From NCBI RefSeq assembly GCF_004010195.1, contig NC_057718.1, positions 2,248,458 through 2,312,457 on the forward strand: 64,000 nucleotides of DNA. The letters run 5' to 3'. A model generated the notes under the pieces. That model made no database searches. It saw only the letters and a program-made list of their open reading frames with translations, and was not told the DNA's origin. Shown in pieces: positions 39,000-51,980 of this stretch. The DNA comes from Chiloscyllium plagiosum (lineage: Eukaryota). The translations under genes and the position numbers were made by a program. Position 1 is the stretch's first letter. Each line of letters begins with the position of its first letter.

Positions 39000-39464
39000 T
39001 TGGATAAAAGCTTTGACAAAGGATCAGTTAGACTCGAAACATCAGCTCTTTTCTCTCCTTACAGATGCTGTCAGACCTGCTGAGATTTTCCAGCCTTTTC
39101 TCTTTTGGTTTCATAACATTAGATCTTTGGGGCTCAGGATAGAAGTGTTTATATCTCCACCAGCTCAGCAGCTGTCTCTCTGTTCTCTGCAGCTGAAAAC
39201 TAACTGAAAGCTGATAAAAAGGAGTTCATCTTTCCTTTATCAACAGCTGTACACTGTGAGTTGTAATTGATATGTCAGAGACCAGTGAACAAGCCACCTT
39301 GTGTCTATTACAAACCTATTGAGTCATCCAGAGAAAGACAATTGGAAGGCCACATTCGGACCAACATAACAACCAAAAGGATCATCTCAGTAACCCATGA
39401 GTGGGATCCACTGAATTTGTTTCCCAGCTCTCCTCTCCATAGTTTATTCTTTCCAGTTGGTTGG

Positions 39465-39612
39465 TTATGTGTGCGTGTGTCTGTGTCTGTGTGTCTGTGT
39501 GTGTGTGAGAGAGAGAGAATATGTATGAATGTATATGTAAGTGTGTGTAAGCACATGTGCGTGTGTGTATATGAGCATGTGCATGTTTTTGTGAGTGTGT
39601 GTATGTATGCAT
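39465..39612. repeat. Degenerate (TG)n microsatellite
   Basis: TG-rich run. Confidence 0.85.
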
Positions 39613-39672
39613 GATGAACGGGAAGTTTATAAGAGAGCTAGAGTTTAATTTGTAATGTTATACACTCTCAGG

Positions 39673-39970
39673 TTTAGATTAGATTAGATTACATTACAGT
39701 GTGGAAACAGGCCCTTCGGCCCAACAAGTCCACACCGACCCGCTGAAGAGCAACCCACCCATACCCCTACATTTACCCCTTACCTAACACTACGGGCAAT
39801 TTAGCATGGCCAATTCACCTGACCTGCACATCTTTGGACTGTGGGAGGAAACCGGAGCACCCGGAGGAAACCCACGCAGACACGGGGAGAATGTGCAAAC
39901 TCCACACAGTCAGTCGCCTGAGGTGGGAATTGAACCCGGGTCTCTGGCGACTGTGAGGCAGCAGTGCTAG
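39673..39970 (-). mobile_element. HE1-type V-SINE
   Basis: (gatta)n tail on plus, V core and tRNA-like head. Confidence 0.9.
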
Positions 39971-40940
39971 GTTATAGCTGTTCACCTGTAGCCTTAGTCT
40001 AATTACTTGAAATAGTCATTCTTGCTGAGTACAGAATCTTGGTCTGTGCTTTCAATCAATCTGGATCCAAAAATCAGGTAAATTGGGGAATTTTGTGCAC
40101 TTATTTTAACGGTGGGGCTTCTGGTGCACTCCACTAGTGAGGTGTGGCCAGTGATGTGTGTTCAGCAATGAAAAGAAAAAGGCTAGTTTACAATCTAGGC
40201 TGAAGTCACCTTTTGTGGGTCAGTCAACAAAGTCTCAATTTGCAAAACCGATTGCACATAATAGGAATGATGTCAGAGCCAGAGAGAGGGGTGAAGACAT
40301 TGGTACACACTCTTCCTGAAGGCCCTTGACTCTCTTCCCTTCAAAAACCAAAAATGTTTGATGGCAGATTTCTCCATTTGGGTCGGTCAGAGGTTGGCTT
40401 GCCCATGTATTGACATTAAATTTTCAGACTCTGAGGTTTGCTTTCAGAATGCCCTCTCACTTAAGTTTTGTGTAAAGGAGTTAGGACCCTGGAGCAATGT
40501 CATAGTGATGGCACAGCTTTACACATCACTGGGTATAAATATCACAGAGTGGGTAGGGTTAGAACTGACAAGAACTCACATTGGAATGCGTGACTCTCTG
40601 GAAAACACATTAAGTGCATCTGCAAATGGATAATGAAAGAAGATAAATTAGTAATTTCCTATCATAAATATAAGTCAAAATCTGAGATATTTTACTGTGT
40701 GTAATAATAGTATGAATGTATAATAAAGAACATGACTGAAATTTAAGCCCAAAGACAGTCCTTGACTTGCCTTCTCCACAGTTAATCTATCACAAACCCA
40801 GACTCTTGGTTTGGTATCAGACACACGGCAAACATTGCTGGCAGGACTCAGCAGGTCTGGCAGTATCTGGAGAGAGAGAAACAGAGTTAATGTTTCACAT
40901 CTGTTACCACTCTTCTTCAGAATTGATTAAGAGTCATAAC

Positions 40941-41595
40941 GGTGACAATGCTGCTCCTTTAACAAGGTGATGTTGTCCTTGGGTTTTATTTTTTCCGAGA
41001 GGTTGTGAAAGACACAGACTCTGAAAAATCTAAGTTTGAAGAGGTTTAGGGGCAATTTGATTACAGGAACAGATATTGCCTCAAACAACAGGCTTTCAAG
41101 TTTCAAAAGCCTTGCACAATGAAAGGGGAATGGCCTGTTCTCCCAGCTCAGATTCTCTCTGGTTTGGTTTGGTTTTGGCAGTTTGTCTATTCATTGAAAG
41201 CAGTCAGGCAGTTGTAAAACCTGCTGGACCCAAAGAAGCAGCTCCATGCTGATCCTCTCTCTGACTTCTCTCCTGTAAAACCCTGTGTTTGATTTTACCT
41301 TTTGTGCCAAGAGGTGTTTATGGGGATTGTTGGAAGTTTTTGGAGCGGCATCCTTAAATTGGGATTATCTGTTAGGTTTTCGGATCGGTTAAGTCATTCA
41401 GTATTCTATTTACTTTCATCTGTGTTTCATTCGGTAATCTTGTAAATACATTCTGTTTTGTTTAAAACTATGTGGTTTGACCAACTGCATCCCTCCTGGA
41501 ATATCCACATTACACCTGATTAAAACAACGAGCAAAGTCAGGGTCAACGCAACCTCCTTGACATGTTTTGAGAGGGTCTGGCCTGGTACATAACA
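40941..41595 (+). mobile_element. Solo LTR inserted in a Penelope-derived fold-back element (arms about 40820-40940 and 41596-41712)
   Basis: 655-bp non-coding segment ending CATAACA; its removal rejoins gagtcat(a)actggactc and the two inverted arms. Confidence 0.6.
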
Positions 41596-42339
41596 AACTG
41601 GACTCAAAATATTAATCTGCTTTCTCCCCACTGATGCTGCCAGATCTGCTGAGTTTCTCCAGTCATTTCTGTTTTGGTTTCAGATCGCCAGCATCGACAG
41701 AAGTTTGCTTTTACACAATAAACGGTAGCATACACAACCGATAAAAGATGGTGGCAGCACAGGATTCACCTGTGCAGATCAAGAAACCAACTTGAGATGG
41801 TCTGGAGAAGAGAAGAATTCAGGAAAAAAACAATCTTTCTAAATATCATCAGAAAAGTTAGAAGCAACAGCGAGCAACTGAGAAAGACACAGACTGCAGC
41901 TTAGCCTCTGAATAAAAAACAGCTGGGACATGAAAAGAAACCTCCAAGCAAAAAAACTTTAACAGAAGTAATCTTCAGGAAAACACTGTAAGACAAAACA
42001 GAAGCTTTTTGCAGCCCGTAATGAGGGAAACAAGTTTTTAAAAGACTTTAAGAGCAGTAAAAAAACCCGATAGCAGCAAAGAGCATTGATCCAAAGTATG
42101 TAGTGAAAAAAGAACGAATTGTCAGACGCAAAGTAGGTTTGTTCGCTGAGAAAAAGAGGGTGAAAAACCATTAGGTTCACCTAAAAATGTTGGGATAGAA
42201 AGCCTGGGTGGCTCAGTGGTTAGCACTGCTACCTCGTCTCACTGACCTGTGTTCGATTCCACCCTCAGGTGACCGTCCGTGTGGGGTTTACACATTCTCC
42301 CTGTGTCTGTGTGCAAGTTAAGTGGATTGGCCTTGGTTA

Positions 42340-43490
42340 TAGACTTATACAGCGTGGAAGCAGATCATTTGGTCCAACTAGTCCACACTGACCAGGTATA
42401 TAAACTAAACTAGTCCCACCTGCTTGGATTTGGCTTATATTTCTCCAATCTTTCCTATTCATGTACTTATCCAAATGTCTTTTAAATGTTGTAACTATTT
42501 CTGTATCGATCACTTCCTCTGGCAGTTCATTCCACACACGAACCACTCTCTGCAAGAAAGCTTACCACTCATGTCTTTTTAAAATCTTTCTCTTCTCACT
42601 TTAAAAATATGTCCTCTAGTTTCATCTTGAGAAAAGGACTTTGCTATTTACCTTATCCAAACTCCTTATGGTTTTATAAACCTCTGTAAGGTCACTGTCA
42701 GAGAAATTTGCCCAATAGGTTAGAGATCACAAAACACTGCTGTAGTTTCCGATTTCTTAATCAGTGTCATTGTGCAGCATTGCTATAAAACTGGTCTCAT
42801 CCTCAGCTCTGGGAAGAGAAATTCTGATCTACCTGTAACACACTGTCAGTTCTATGTCAGCCTAGTCAATTTCTCTTCCAGCGATATCGCTTGCAATAAA
42901 CTGTTTTGTCAATTTCACTTCAAGCGGTGTTTTGTGATCTCTAACCTATTGGGCAAGTTTTCTCCGACAGTCACCCATCAATCTATGTTCCAGTGAAAAG
43001 GTTCCAGCCTGTCCAGCCTATTTTTATAACTCAAACTCTCCAGTACTGGCAACAGCACAGGAAATCTTTTCTGAATCCTCTCCAGCTTAATAGCCTCCTT
43101 CTTCTAACACAGCGACCAGAACTGGACATACTAGTCTAGAGGAGGCCTCACCAACATCTTGTACAACCTCTCCATGATGTCCTAACTCCTATACTCAAAG
43201 GTCTGAGCAATGAGGACAAGCATGCTAAATGCCTTCTTAATCAACCTGTCTACCTCTGACACAAAATTCAAAGAATTATGTATCTGAACCCCTAGGTCTC
43301 TCTGTTGTCCAACACTCCCCAGGGCCCTATCATTAATTTATAAATCCTGCTCTTGGTTTTTTACCAAAATGCAATCGTTCACATTTATTCAAATTAAAAT
43401 TCAGCTGCCACTTCCCAGCCTGTTGACCCAATTGATCAACATCTATTTGTAATCTTGAATACCCTTCTTCACTATACCACCAATTTTGGT
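42340..43490 (-). mobile_element. CR1 LINE RT C-terminus to 3' end
   Basis: RVVRVWNELPEEV and WQLNFNLNKCERLHFG motifs. Confidence 0.88.
42696..42969. mobile_element. 274-bp TGT...ACA element with 46-47-bp terminal inverted repeats and 5-bp TSD
   Basis: TIRs at 42696-42741 and 42923-42969 share a perfect 30-bp core TTGCCCAATAGGTTAGAGATCACAAAACAC; TSD GTCAC at 42691-42695 and 42970-42974; interrupts a CR1. Confidence 0.9.
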
Positions 43491-43757
43491 TACAGGGATA
43501 GGGTGAGGGTCTGGCTGGGATGCCCAACGGAGGATTGGTGAAGACTTGGATGAGCAAAATGGCCTGTTTTTGCATAATAGGGATTCCGTGTTTAAGTCGG
43601 TAAGCATTGATTTGAACATACTGTAAATAACTGATTTTAAAATAAGATGAAGGAGATCCAATATGAGAAATATCTTCAAAAGTAGTTTTAAGTAGATTGG
43701 TTGTTGGAATTCAAAGTTGATCTTTCAATATGTTTGACCATTAAAAAAAACAAATGT

Positions 43758-46700
43758 GGGGGGGATCCAAGATGGCAGCAGTCTGAGTGGTCTGCTGTGC
43801 TGGGCTCTCTGCCATACCCCAGGACAATGTGGACCTTCCCCCCCCCCCCCCCCCCCCACTTTTTTAACCACCCCAAGGAGAAAAAAGTATTAATTTAAAC
43901 TTACTGAATATTTGGAGCTGCTGAGACATCTTCAGGCCAGGATGAAGACCAGCAAAGGAAACGGCCCTAAAGGAGAACAGCAGAGAGGGCACTCCCCTGA
44001 TGTATGGGGGGTGCCTGCAGCCAGTACTCAGTCTCCCGAGACGGTCCCTTCAGGTCCAGCAGGACAGCAGCACTTACTCTCAGAGTTTGCTAAACATCCG
44101 AGAGTGGATTCAAGCAACAGTGGAGCCGCTGTCTGCCATGCTAAAAAAGCATGAGCAGGAAATCCAGCTCCTGGAACGAAGACTAGAGACAGTGGAGGAA
44201 AGGTCCGCGGCATCAGAGACCGTGGCTGAGGTATGGGGGTAGGGGGGGAAGGACCCGAACGCTGGAAGACCAGGTTTGGGTCCTTCAGGATCAAGTCAAT
44301 AATCTAGAAAATAAAAATAGAAGAAAAACATTATTGATTGTGGGCCTCACGGAATGTGAAGAAGGCAAGGATCTCGCTGGCTTCTTGCAGGGATGGCTCC
44401 TGAAGTTTCTCCAGTTAGAGTTGGAGTCAGGCCTGGTAAGTGTGGAGCAGGCCTACGGGATCACAACCCGCAGGCCCGGGCTGGACCAGCACCCCCATGT
44501 GGCCCGAGTGCAGCTCCTGTATTCAAGCAAAACAGTTAATAGTGGAAGCAGCAAGAGAATTGGGAAAGAATTCACAAATCTTAATGTATAACGGTTCAAA
44601 GGTAATGTTTTTTTCAAGATTTTTCAGGAGCCCTGGTCAAGAGGAGAAGAACATTTGATGATGTTAAAAAAGAATGAGGGAACATAAACATCCAATACTC
44701 CATGAGGTACCTGGCCGTGTTGTGTCTCACCCATGGGGGGGAACGGCATATAACTTTGACTCCGCTAAAAAGGTAAAGGACTTTGTGGAGTCTCTGGAAT
44801 GAAGGACCTGAGTTGGGATGGGAGGGGAGGGGAGGGGAGGGGGCATTATTCCGAACATTGGTTTGTGGGTTTTTTTTAATTACCCCCCTTTCTATTTCTC
44901 TTTCCCCCTTTCCCTCTTTCCTTTTTTTGAGTGATTATTGGTTGTACATGTATGATTCTGTTGTAAATTTGTTAAATTTGAACTATTTTATACACCGGTC
45001 GGTTGGGTAGTATCTAGGATTGTTTTTTTAATGCTATCTCTTTAATTTTGCATTTAGGGTGACTATATTTGTGACTAAGATGTGTGTGTGGGGGGGGGAT
45101 GGGGGTTGGTGAGAATGGGTATTCACTGTTTCACAATGTAAATAACAAGTCTTTTTTGTTTGTGAATTGCCTGGGGCTAGGGCACGGCAATAGGCACTGG
45201 GAAAGGTGCCCCCTACGAGCAGGGGGGAAGATCCCAAGTGAATAGGGGGTTATTTGTTTCAGTTAAATGTAGTGTTTTTTTTTAGATGTAGTTGTTTCTC
45301 TAGGAATAGTTTTCAGATTTAATAGCGTTAGTATCTTTGTAACTCATCACACCTCAGATATGTTCCTTCCTCCTGGGAAACCACAGGCTGTCCTAGATGA
45401 CCATGGCTAGTGATTTGTTCAGATAGTGCACCTGGAAAATAAAAGGGAGTAATTCTCCTGTTAAACGAAAGAAGGTCTTGTCGAGACTCAGGAAGGGAAG
45501 GGTGGATATTGCCTTGCTGCAAGATACGCACTTAATTGACAAGGAACATTTGAAATTACAGCAGGGGGAGTTATGCCAAGGTGTTTTTTCTCAACCTTCA
45601 GTTCTAAGAGCAGAGATGTAGCTATACTGATAAGAAGGCACCTCCCCTTCCAAGTAATGGAGCAGATTAGGGATGATCATGGAAGGTTTATTATTTTGAA
45701 AGCCCTTATATATGGAGAAAAACATGGTGTTCTGAATGCATATTGTCCCCCGGTGCACTCTCTTAAATTTCTAATTGATGCAGTGGCTAAATGAATGAAT
45801 CTTGGGGTTCATCGTATGATTATAGGAGGGGATTTTAATCGCCTTATAGATCCGAGATTGACAGGGTGCCAAAGGGCCTGGCAGGTGCACCTGCACAGTC
45901 TATACAGATGGTGGACACGTGTGATGAGTTGGGATTAGTGGGTGTGTGGACGTATTTCCACCCTAACGGAAGAGATTACATGTTCTATTCCAACCCACAC
46001 AAATGTCATATGCAAATTGATTTTTTTTAATGCCATCTGATGGCCTGGACAGAATATTTGCATGTAAAATAGGGAATCTAGCTGTTTCGGATCATGCGCC
46101 AGTATACTTAGATATTAAAGCCAAGGGCAGTGAAGCAAATGTATGTCACTGGTGCACGGATTCATTTTTGTTAGGGGCTAGTAAATTTATTGAATATATT
46201 ACAAGGGAATTCAGGACCTTTTGGGATATTAATTCAGGTACAGCTAGTAATCCGGCAATACTTTCGGAGACCACTAAGGCATATTTACGAGGTCTGATTA
46301 TTTCACATTCAGTGACTAGAAAAAGGCAGACGGAGGAACAGCAGGGGTTGCTGGAGGCCTGGCTGAAGGTAGCTGAGAAAACAGATTACAGTAAACCATC
46401 ATTGGTTAAACTTCAGCGGGTCACAGCTCTCCAGGCTGTCCTCGACTCAATACACACACAAGTGGCGAAAAAAGAGATCTCCTTTGCCAAACAAAGATAG
46501 TTCGAATTCGGTGATAAACCTGGTAAATATCTGGCTTATTTAGCGAGGAGGAAAAAATCCTCCCAATCTATTACCTCTGTTAGTGATAAGACTGGTACGA
46601 TTACCCATGAATCAAAAAAGATCAATGCTAGGTATGGGGAATATTTTGAAGAGTTATATTGGTCGGAGGGAAGTGAACACGGTACAATGGGAATGCAGTC

Positions 46701-47890
46701 CTTTGTTGAAAGTCTGGACCTCCCCAATATAAGTAAGGAGCAGGCTTCCCTTTTGAATGCACCTCTAACAATACAGGAAGTGGAGGAAGCAATAAGGCAT
46801 CTCCAAGGTGACAAAGCACCAGGGCCAGATTGATTCCCAACTAAATTCTATAATGAATTCATAAACGTATTAGTGGAACCACTCCTGGAGATGTACAAAT
46901 ATTCTTATACACAGGATTGTTTGCTGTCCACTCTTAGGGAGGCTAATATCTCCCTTATTTTAAAGAAGGGGGAGGACCCCAAAGAATATACTTCATACAG
47001 ACCGATCTCGCTACTGAATATAGATTTCAAAATTTTATCGAAGATGTTGGCTCTGCGATTGGGGAAAGTTTTGCCCCATATTATAAAAGACGACCAAACA
47101 GGTTTTATTAAGGGCCGCAGTTCCTCTAACAATATTGGGAGAGTACTGAATGCAGTACAGTATATCAGCAAAGATTGACTCCGGGGTTGGTGGTCTCCTT
47201 AGAGAAAAGGAGAACCCCTTAGAAAAAGCCTTTGATCAGATAGAATGGCCGTATCTATTTGAGGTTCGAGAGTGTTTTGGTTTGGGGGGACCCTTTGCCT
47301 GATGGGTAGCAGTTCTGTATAATGATCCTAAGGCAGCAGTTCTTACAAATGGTGTTAAGTCAAATAGCTTTAATATTAGAAGAGGTAGTCGACATGGGTA
47401 CCTTTATCACCGCTGCTATTTACCTTGGCGTTAGCTGAAACTATCAGAAAGGACTCTGAAATAGTAGCACCAAAGGTGGGAATGGGGAAACATAAGATTA
47501 CCCTATACACTGACGATGTTCTTTTATTCTTGGCCGAACCGGTGAGGTCTATTCACCGGCTGATCCAAACAATTAATTCATATGGTAGTTTTTCAGGTTA
47601 TAGGATCAATTTCACAAAATCGGAAACCATGATGGTAGGGGGGAGGGCGCTTAGAGGAGATGCCTAACTTGAAGGATAAAATGCAGTTCCCATTTAGGTG
47701 TTCACCAAAAGGTTTTCTGTATTTGGGAATTTTTATTACCCCTTCCTTTCACCTGCTGTATAAGGCAAACTTTGTACAATTACTAGAGAGGATAAGACAG
47801 GATTTGCAGCGATTACCATTATCATGGCTGGCCCGAATAGCTCTGATCAAGATGAATGTCCTTTCCAGAGTACCATGAGAATGCTCCCAC
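43758..47890 (+). mobile_element. L1-clade LINE: 5' UTR, ORF1, inter-ORF spacer and ORF2 (endonuclease + RT); degraded and 3'-truncated
   Basis: Starts GGGGGGGATCCAAGATGGC (YY1-like); ORF1 coiled coil and NLENKNRRK.LIVGL; ORF2 from 45403 (TWKIKGSNSPVKRKKV..DIALLQDTHL, GGDFN, SDH, YRPISLLNIDFKIL, YTDDVLLFL, IKMNVL). Confidence 0.93.
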
Positions 47891-47948
47891 TTCCAGATAT
47901 TTGTCTACCCACCATCCCCTCACCTGAGCCTGGCATCAGGATACTGGA

Positions 47949-48414
47949 TTCTGGATCAGTGGTGCTAGAAGAGCACAGCAATTCAGGCAGCATCCGAGGA
48001 CAAGCAAAATCGACGTTTCGGGCAAAGTTCACTGACATCTTCTACAAACCCACCGACTCCCACAGCTACCTGGATTACACCTCTTCCCACCCTACCTCTT
48101 GCAAAAATGCCATCCCGTATTCCCAATTCCTCCGCCTCCGCCGTATCTGCTCCCAGGAGGACCAGTTCCACCATAGAACACACCAGATGGCCTCCTTCTT
48201 TAAAGACCGCAATTTCCCTTCCCACGTGGTCAAAGATGCCCTCCAACGCATCTCATCCACATCCCGCAATTCCGCCCTCAGACTCAACCCCTCCAACCGC
48301 AACAAGGACAGAACGCCCCTGGTGCCCACCTCTCGGATGCTTCCTGAATTGCTGTGCTCTTCCAGCACCACTGATCCAGAATCTGGTTTCCAGCATCTGC
48401 AGTCATTGTTTTTA
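47949..48414 (+). mobile_element. Penelope-like element remnant: RT C-terminal coding fragment between inverted terminal arms, 15-bp TSD
   Basis: TDIFYKPTDSHSYLDYTSSHPTSCKNAIPYSQFLRLRRICS is diagnostic of Penelope RT; TSD CATCAGGATACTGGA at 47934-47948 and 48415-48429. Confidence 0.92.
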
Positions 48415-50644
48415 CATCAGGATACTGGAGACCATCGAGAACCCATCAGCCTTTGGCCCCGACATAACAGGGCTCTTCCGCAGTCTGATTGGCAGCTTCT
48501 CTCACAGGCCGCAGGTCATGACCCTGTAACAAAGTTGATTTCTGGATCCTGTTCACCTCTGTACCCGATACCCTGGGAGAGGGGGGGACCAGAAACCATA
48601 TCTCCATGTCAACTGGAAAGGCAGTCAAGGGATTGTCCAGGGATCGGAATGGAATCCAGAAAGTGAGAATTTGCAGTTGAGATTGAGTGTGGATTCTCCC
48701 AGTGTGACTGTTTTCCTCTTCAGCCTTGGTACTTCCAGTCTCATTGATTGAATATCACTTATTTATCTAGTTCACTAACATCCTTCAGGGAAGGAAACTG
48801 CCTGGTCTGGTCTGCATGTGACTCCAGACCCACTGCAATGTGGTTGACTCTTAATTGGGCAATAAGGGATGAGTCTTGTCAGCGACACCCACGTCTGTAC
48901 AGGGGTAAAGACTCTTTTACCTTGGTTCGAAATGCATTGGTGTCGGTCAATCTTCATTCAGAGTGGACTAGGCTCAACGTCCATCAGTCCCATATCTGGG
49001 GGAGCCTGGCCAGCTCAACAGTCAAACAGAGAGCTTTGTCACAGTCTCGGCAATCCACAGCTACATTGTGTGTTCCATACAGGCACTTTTATCAACCAAT
49101 TCCATCAAATCAATGGTGGAGTGCAAGTGTAGAACAGGTTACAGTAGCTAAGGGAATAACTCGAGTAAGCCAGATAATAAGCTGCAAGGTTGGAAGCCAG
49201 TCGAGGTAATGACATCAGAAAGATTGGGGAATATGAAGAGGTTTTTGATGGATTCCTTGAATCTGTGATTATTGCTCACAGTGAGGGGAGCACATGACAA
49301 CACTTCAGCAGATTTCATCCAGAAATGTTCACTGACAGAGTTTGAGCTAACGTAGTTCAGATTCCCCAAAGTACTGATCCATGCCGGAATACTGTGCCTT
49401 CAAATCTCTCTCTTTCTCTCTGATGTTTATCAACATAATGTACTTCTGCAAACCTTACAATGGGGACTGCTATTGTTAACATTCCAATGGGCTGTCAGTG
49501 GGGAACCTTGTCAGTCAGGAATCGTTGCTGCTAACTGTGTTAAAAGTATCCCCACTCACCACAGTCTCTGCCTCTCCACACACTGCCCTCGCTGGGGGAA
49601 ATGGCCATCTTCCACCTACATTCTGGAATGTCTCATTGTAAAGATGACCTGGCCAGGAACACGGTGGTATTTGTCGGGGGATTGACCCTGAACACCTCCA
49701 TGACACAAGGGCTGTGTACTGTTCCCATGCACTGGCAAACACTGACTGCACCCAGAACCCCAGCATTTCAGAGGAAGGTGCTCTTCATTCAGCCTGAAAC
49801 TTGCTGGTTTTCGAAGAACTTCCTGAAAGTCCAGGGCCAGCAGGAGAAATGTCTCTGCCCAGAGAGTGGGGAGCCTGTGGAATTCACTGCCCCACTGAAT
49901 GGCTGAGGCCAAAACATTACGTGTTTCCAAGAGGGTGGTAGATATAGCTCTTGTGGCTAAAGAGATGAAGGGATATGTGGGAGGACAGGATTAGGGCATT
50001 GAGCTCAATGATCAGCCAAGGTCATATTGAAGGTGGAACAGGCTCGAGGGTCTGAATGGCCTACTGCTGTTCTGACCTTCTCTGTTTCCATGTTTTGATG
50101 TAAAGGATTGTCAACAAACGAGTGTTGCAGATTGGATCTTGACAGAGCCCAGAACCATGTGCTGAGTGTGCACTGAAGGTCTGGGCAATTATTACAGAGA
50201 CATGATGGAGAGAGACTATGAGTCTGAAACCTTCCAATCATTCTTCAGGGAGTGGTTGGAAGTATAAATAAAACCCCTCAGGGTGCACATTTTGAAGAAT
50301 GTAAGACATAATCTATAAATGTGATTCTTCATTCACTCCCAGGACGTGGGTGTCACTGGCTGGGCCCAGCATTTATTGCTCATCCCTAGTTGCCCCTTGA
50401 TAAGGTCGGGGTGAGCTGCCTTCTTGAACCGCTGTGGTCCATGTACTGTAGGTTGACCCACAGTGTCCTTAGGGAGGAAATTCCAGGATTTTGATCCAGC
50501 GACAGTGAAGGAACAACGATATATTTCTGGGTCGGGATTGTGAGTGGCTTGGAGGGGATCTTGCAGGGGGTGGTGTTCCCATGTACCTGCTGCTCTTGTC
50601 CTTCTCGCAGGCAGTGGTCATGGGTTTGGATAGTGCTGTCTGAA

Positions 50645-51980
50645 TAAAGAACAATGCAGAACAGGAACAGGCCCTTCGGCCCTTCAAGCCTGTGCCTGCA
50701 TATTTTTCCCTTCCATACTAAAACAGTTTTCATCTTCAGGATCCATATCCCCATATTCCCTTCCTATTAGTGTATCCGTCTAGGTGCTTCATGAATGCTG
50801 CTATTGTGTCTGCTTCCACCCCCTCCTCTGGCAGCACGTTCCATGCACTCACCACCCTCTGTGTGAAAAACCTACCTCGCCCATCTCTTTTAAACATCCC
50901 CTCTTCGCATCTTGAACCTGTGTCCCCAAGTAATTGACCCCTCCACCCTGGGAAAAAGCCGCTTACTTTCCACTCTATCCATGCCAGTCACAATCTTATA
51001 AACATTTATCAACCTCCTGTGTTCCAGTGAAGACAAACTCAGTTTATGCAACCTTTCTTCCTTGCTAAAATCCCCCATCCGGGCAACATCCTGGTAAACT
51101 ACTTCTCTACCCTCTCCACATCCTTCTGGTACAAAAACTGAAGTTGCTGGAAAAGCTCAGCAGATCTGGAGCATCTGTGGAGAGAAGACAGAGTCAACAT
51201 TTCAGGTCCAGTGAACCTTTTTCAGAACTGGAACATCCTGATGACCAAAACTGTACACAATGTTCCAACTGTGGCTTAACTGAAGTTCTATAAAGCTGCA
51301 GCATAACCTGTCTATCCTTATATTCAGAGCCCCTTCCAATGAAGGCAAGCATGCCATCGGCCTTTTTTACTCTCTTATCTACCTACACTGCTACCTTCAG
51401 TGATCTGTGGATCTGCACACACAAACCCCTTGACATATCAATACTCCTAAGGGTTCTGCCATTCACTGTATCATTTCCACCTGCACTTGACCTTCCCAAA
51501 TACTTCACCTCACATTTGCTTGGATTAAACTCCATCTGCCATTTTTCTCCCCATGCCTCCAACTGATCTATATCCTGCTGTATCCTCTGATAATCCTCCT
51601 CACTATCCACAACTCCACCCATCTTTGTATCGTCTGCAACTCACTAATTAAGCCAGCTATGTTTTTCTCCAAATCATTTATGTTGACCACAAACAGCAGA
51701 GGTCCCAGCACGGACCCCTAGTCACAGTCCTCCATTCCGAAAAGCACCCTTCCTCTGTTAGCCTCAGTCTCCTGTGACTAAGCCAGTTCTGTATCCATCT
51801 TGCCAGCTCAGCCCTAATACCATGTGATTTCATCTTTTGTACCAGTCTGCTATGAGGGACCTTGTCAAAGGCTTTACTGAAGTCCAAGTAGACAACATCA
51901 ACCACTTTTCCTTCATCAATCATCTTCGTCACGTCCTCAAAAAACTTAATCAGGTTCATGAGGCACAACCTCTCCTGCAC
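50645..51980 (-). mobile_element. CR1 LINE RT to 3' end with a Penelope-derived insert at about 51132-51235
   Basis: VDVVYLDFSKAFDKVPH and WQMEFNPSKCEV motifs. Confidence 0.9.

Noticed and set aside
47824..48666. 280-aa ORF as a gene
   Set aside because: A chance read-through across L1 end, Penelope arm, Penelope RT fragment and flank.
49277..49305. CACAGTG heptamer as a V(D)J recombination signal
   Set aside because: Poor nonamer at non-canonical spacing and no adjacent gene segment; other heptamers checked also lack nonamers.
49560..49793. Minus-strand exon candidate
   Set aside because: Good donor but weak acceptor, no recognisable product and no supporting neighbouring exons.
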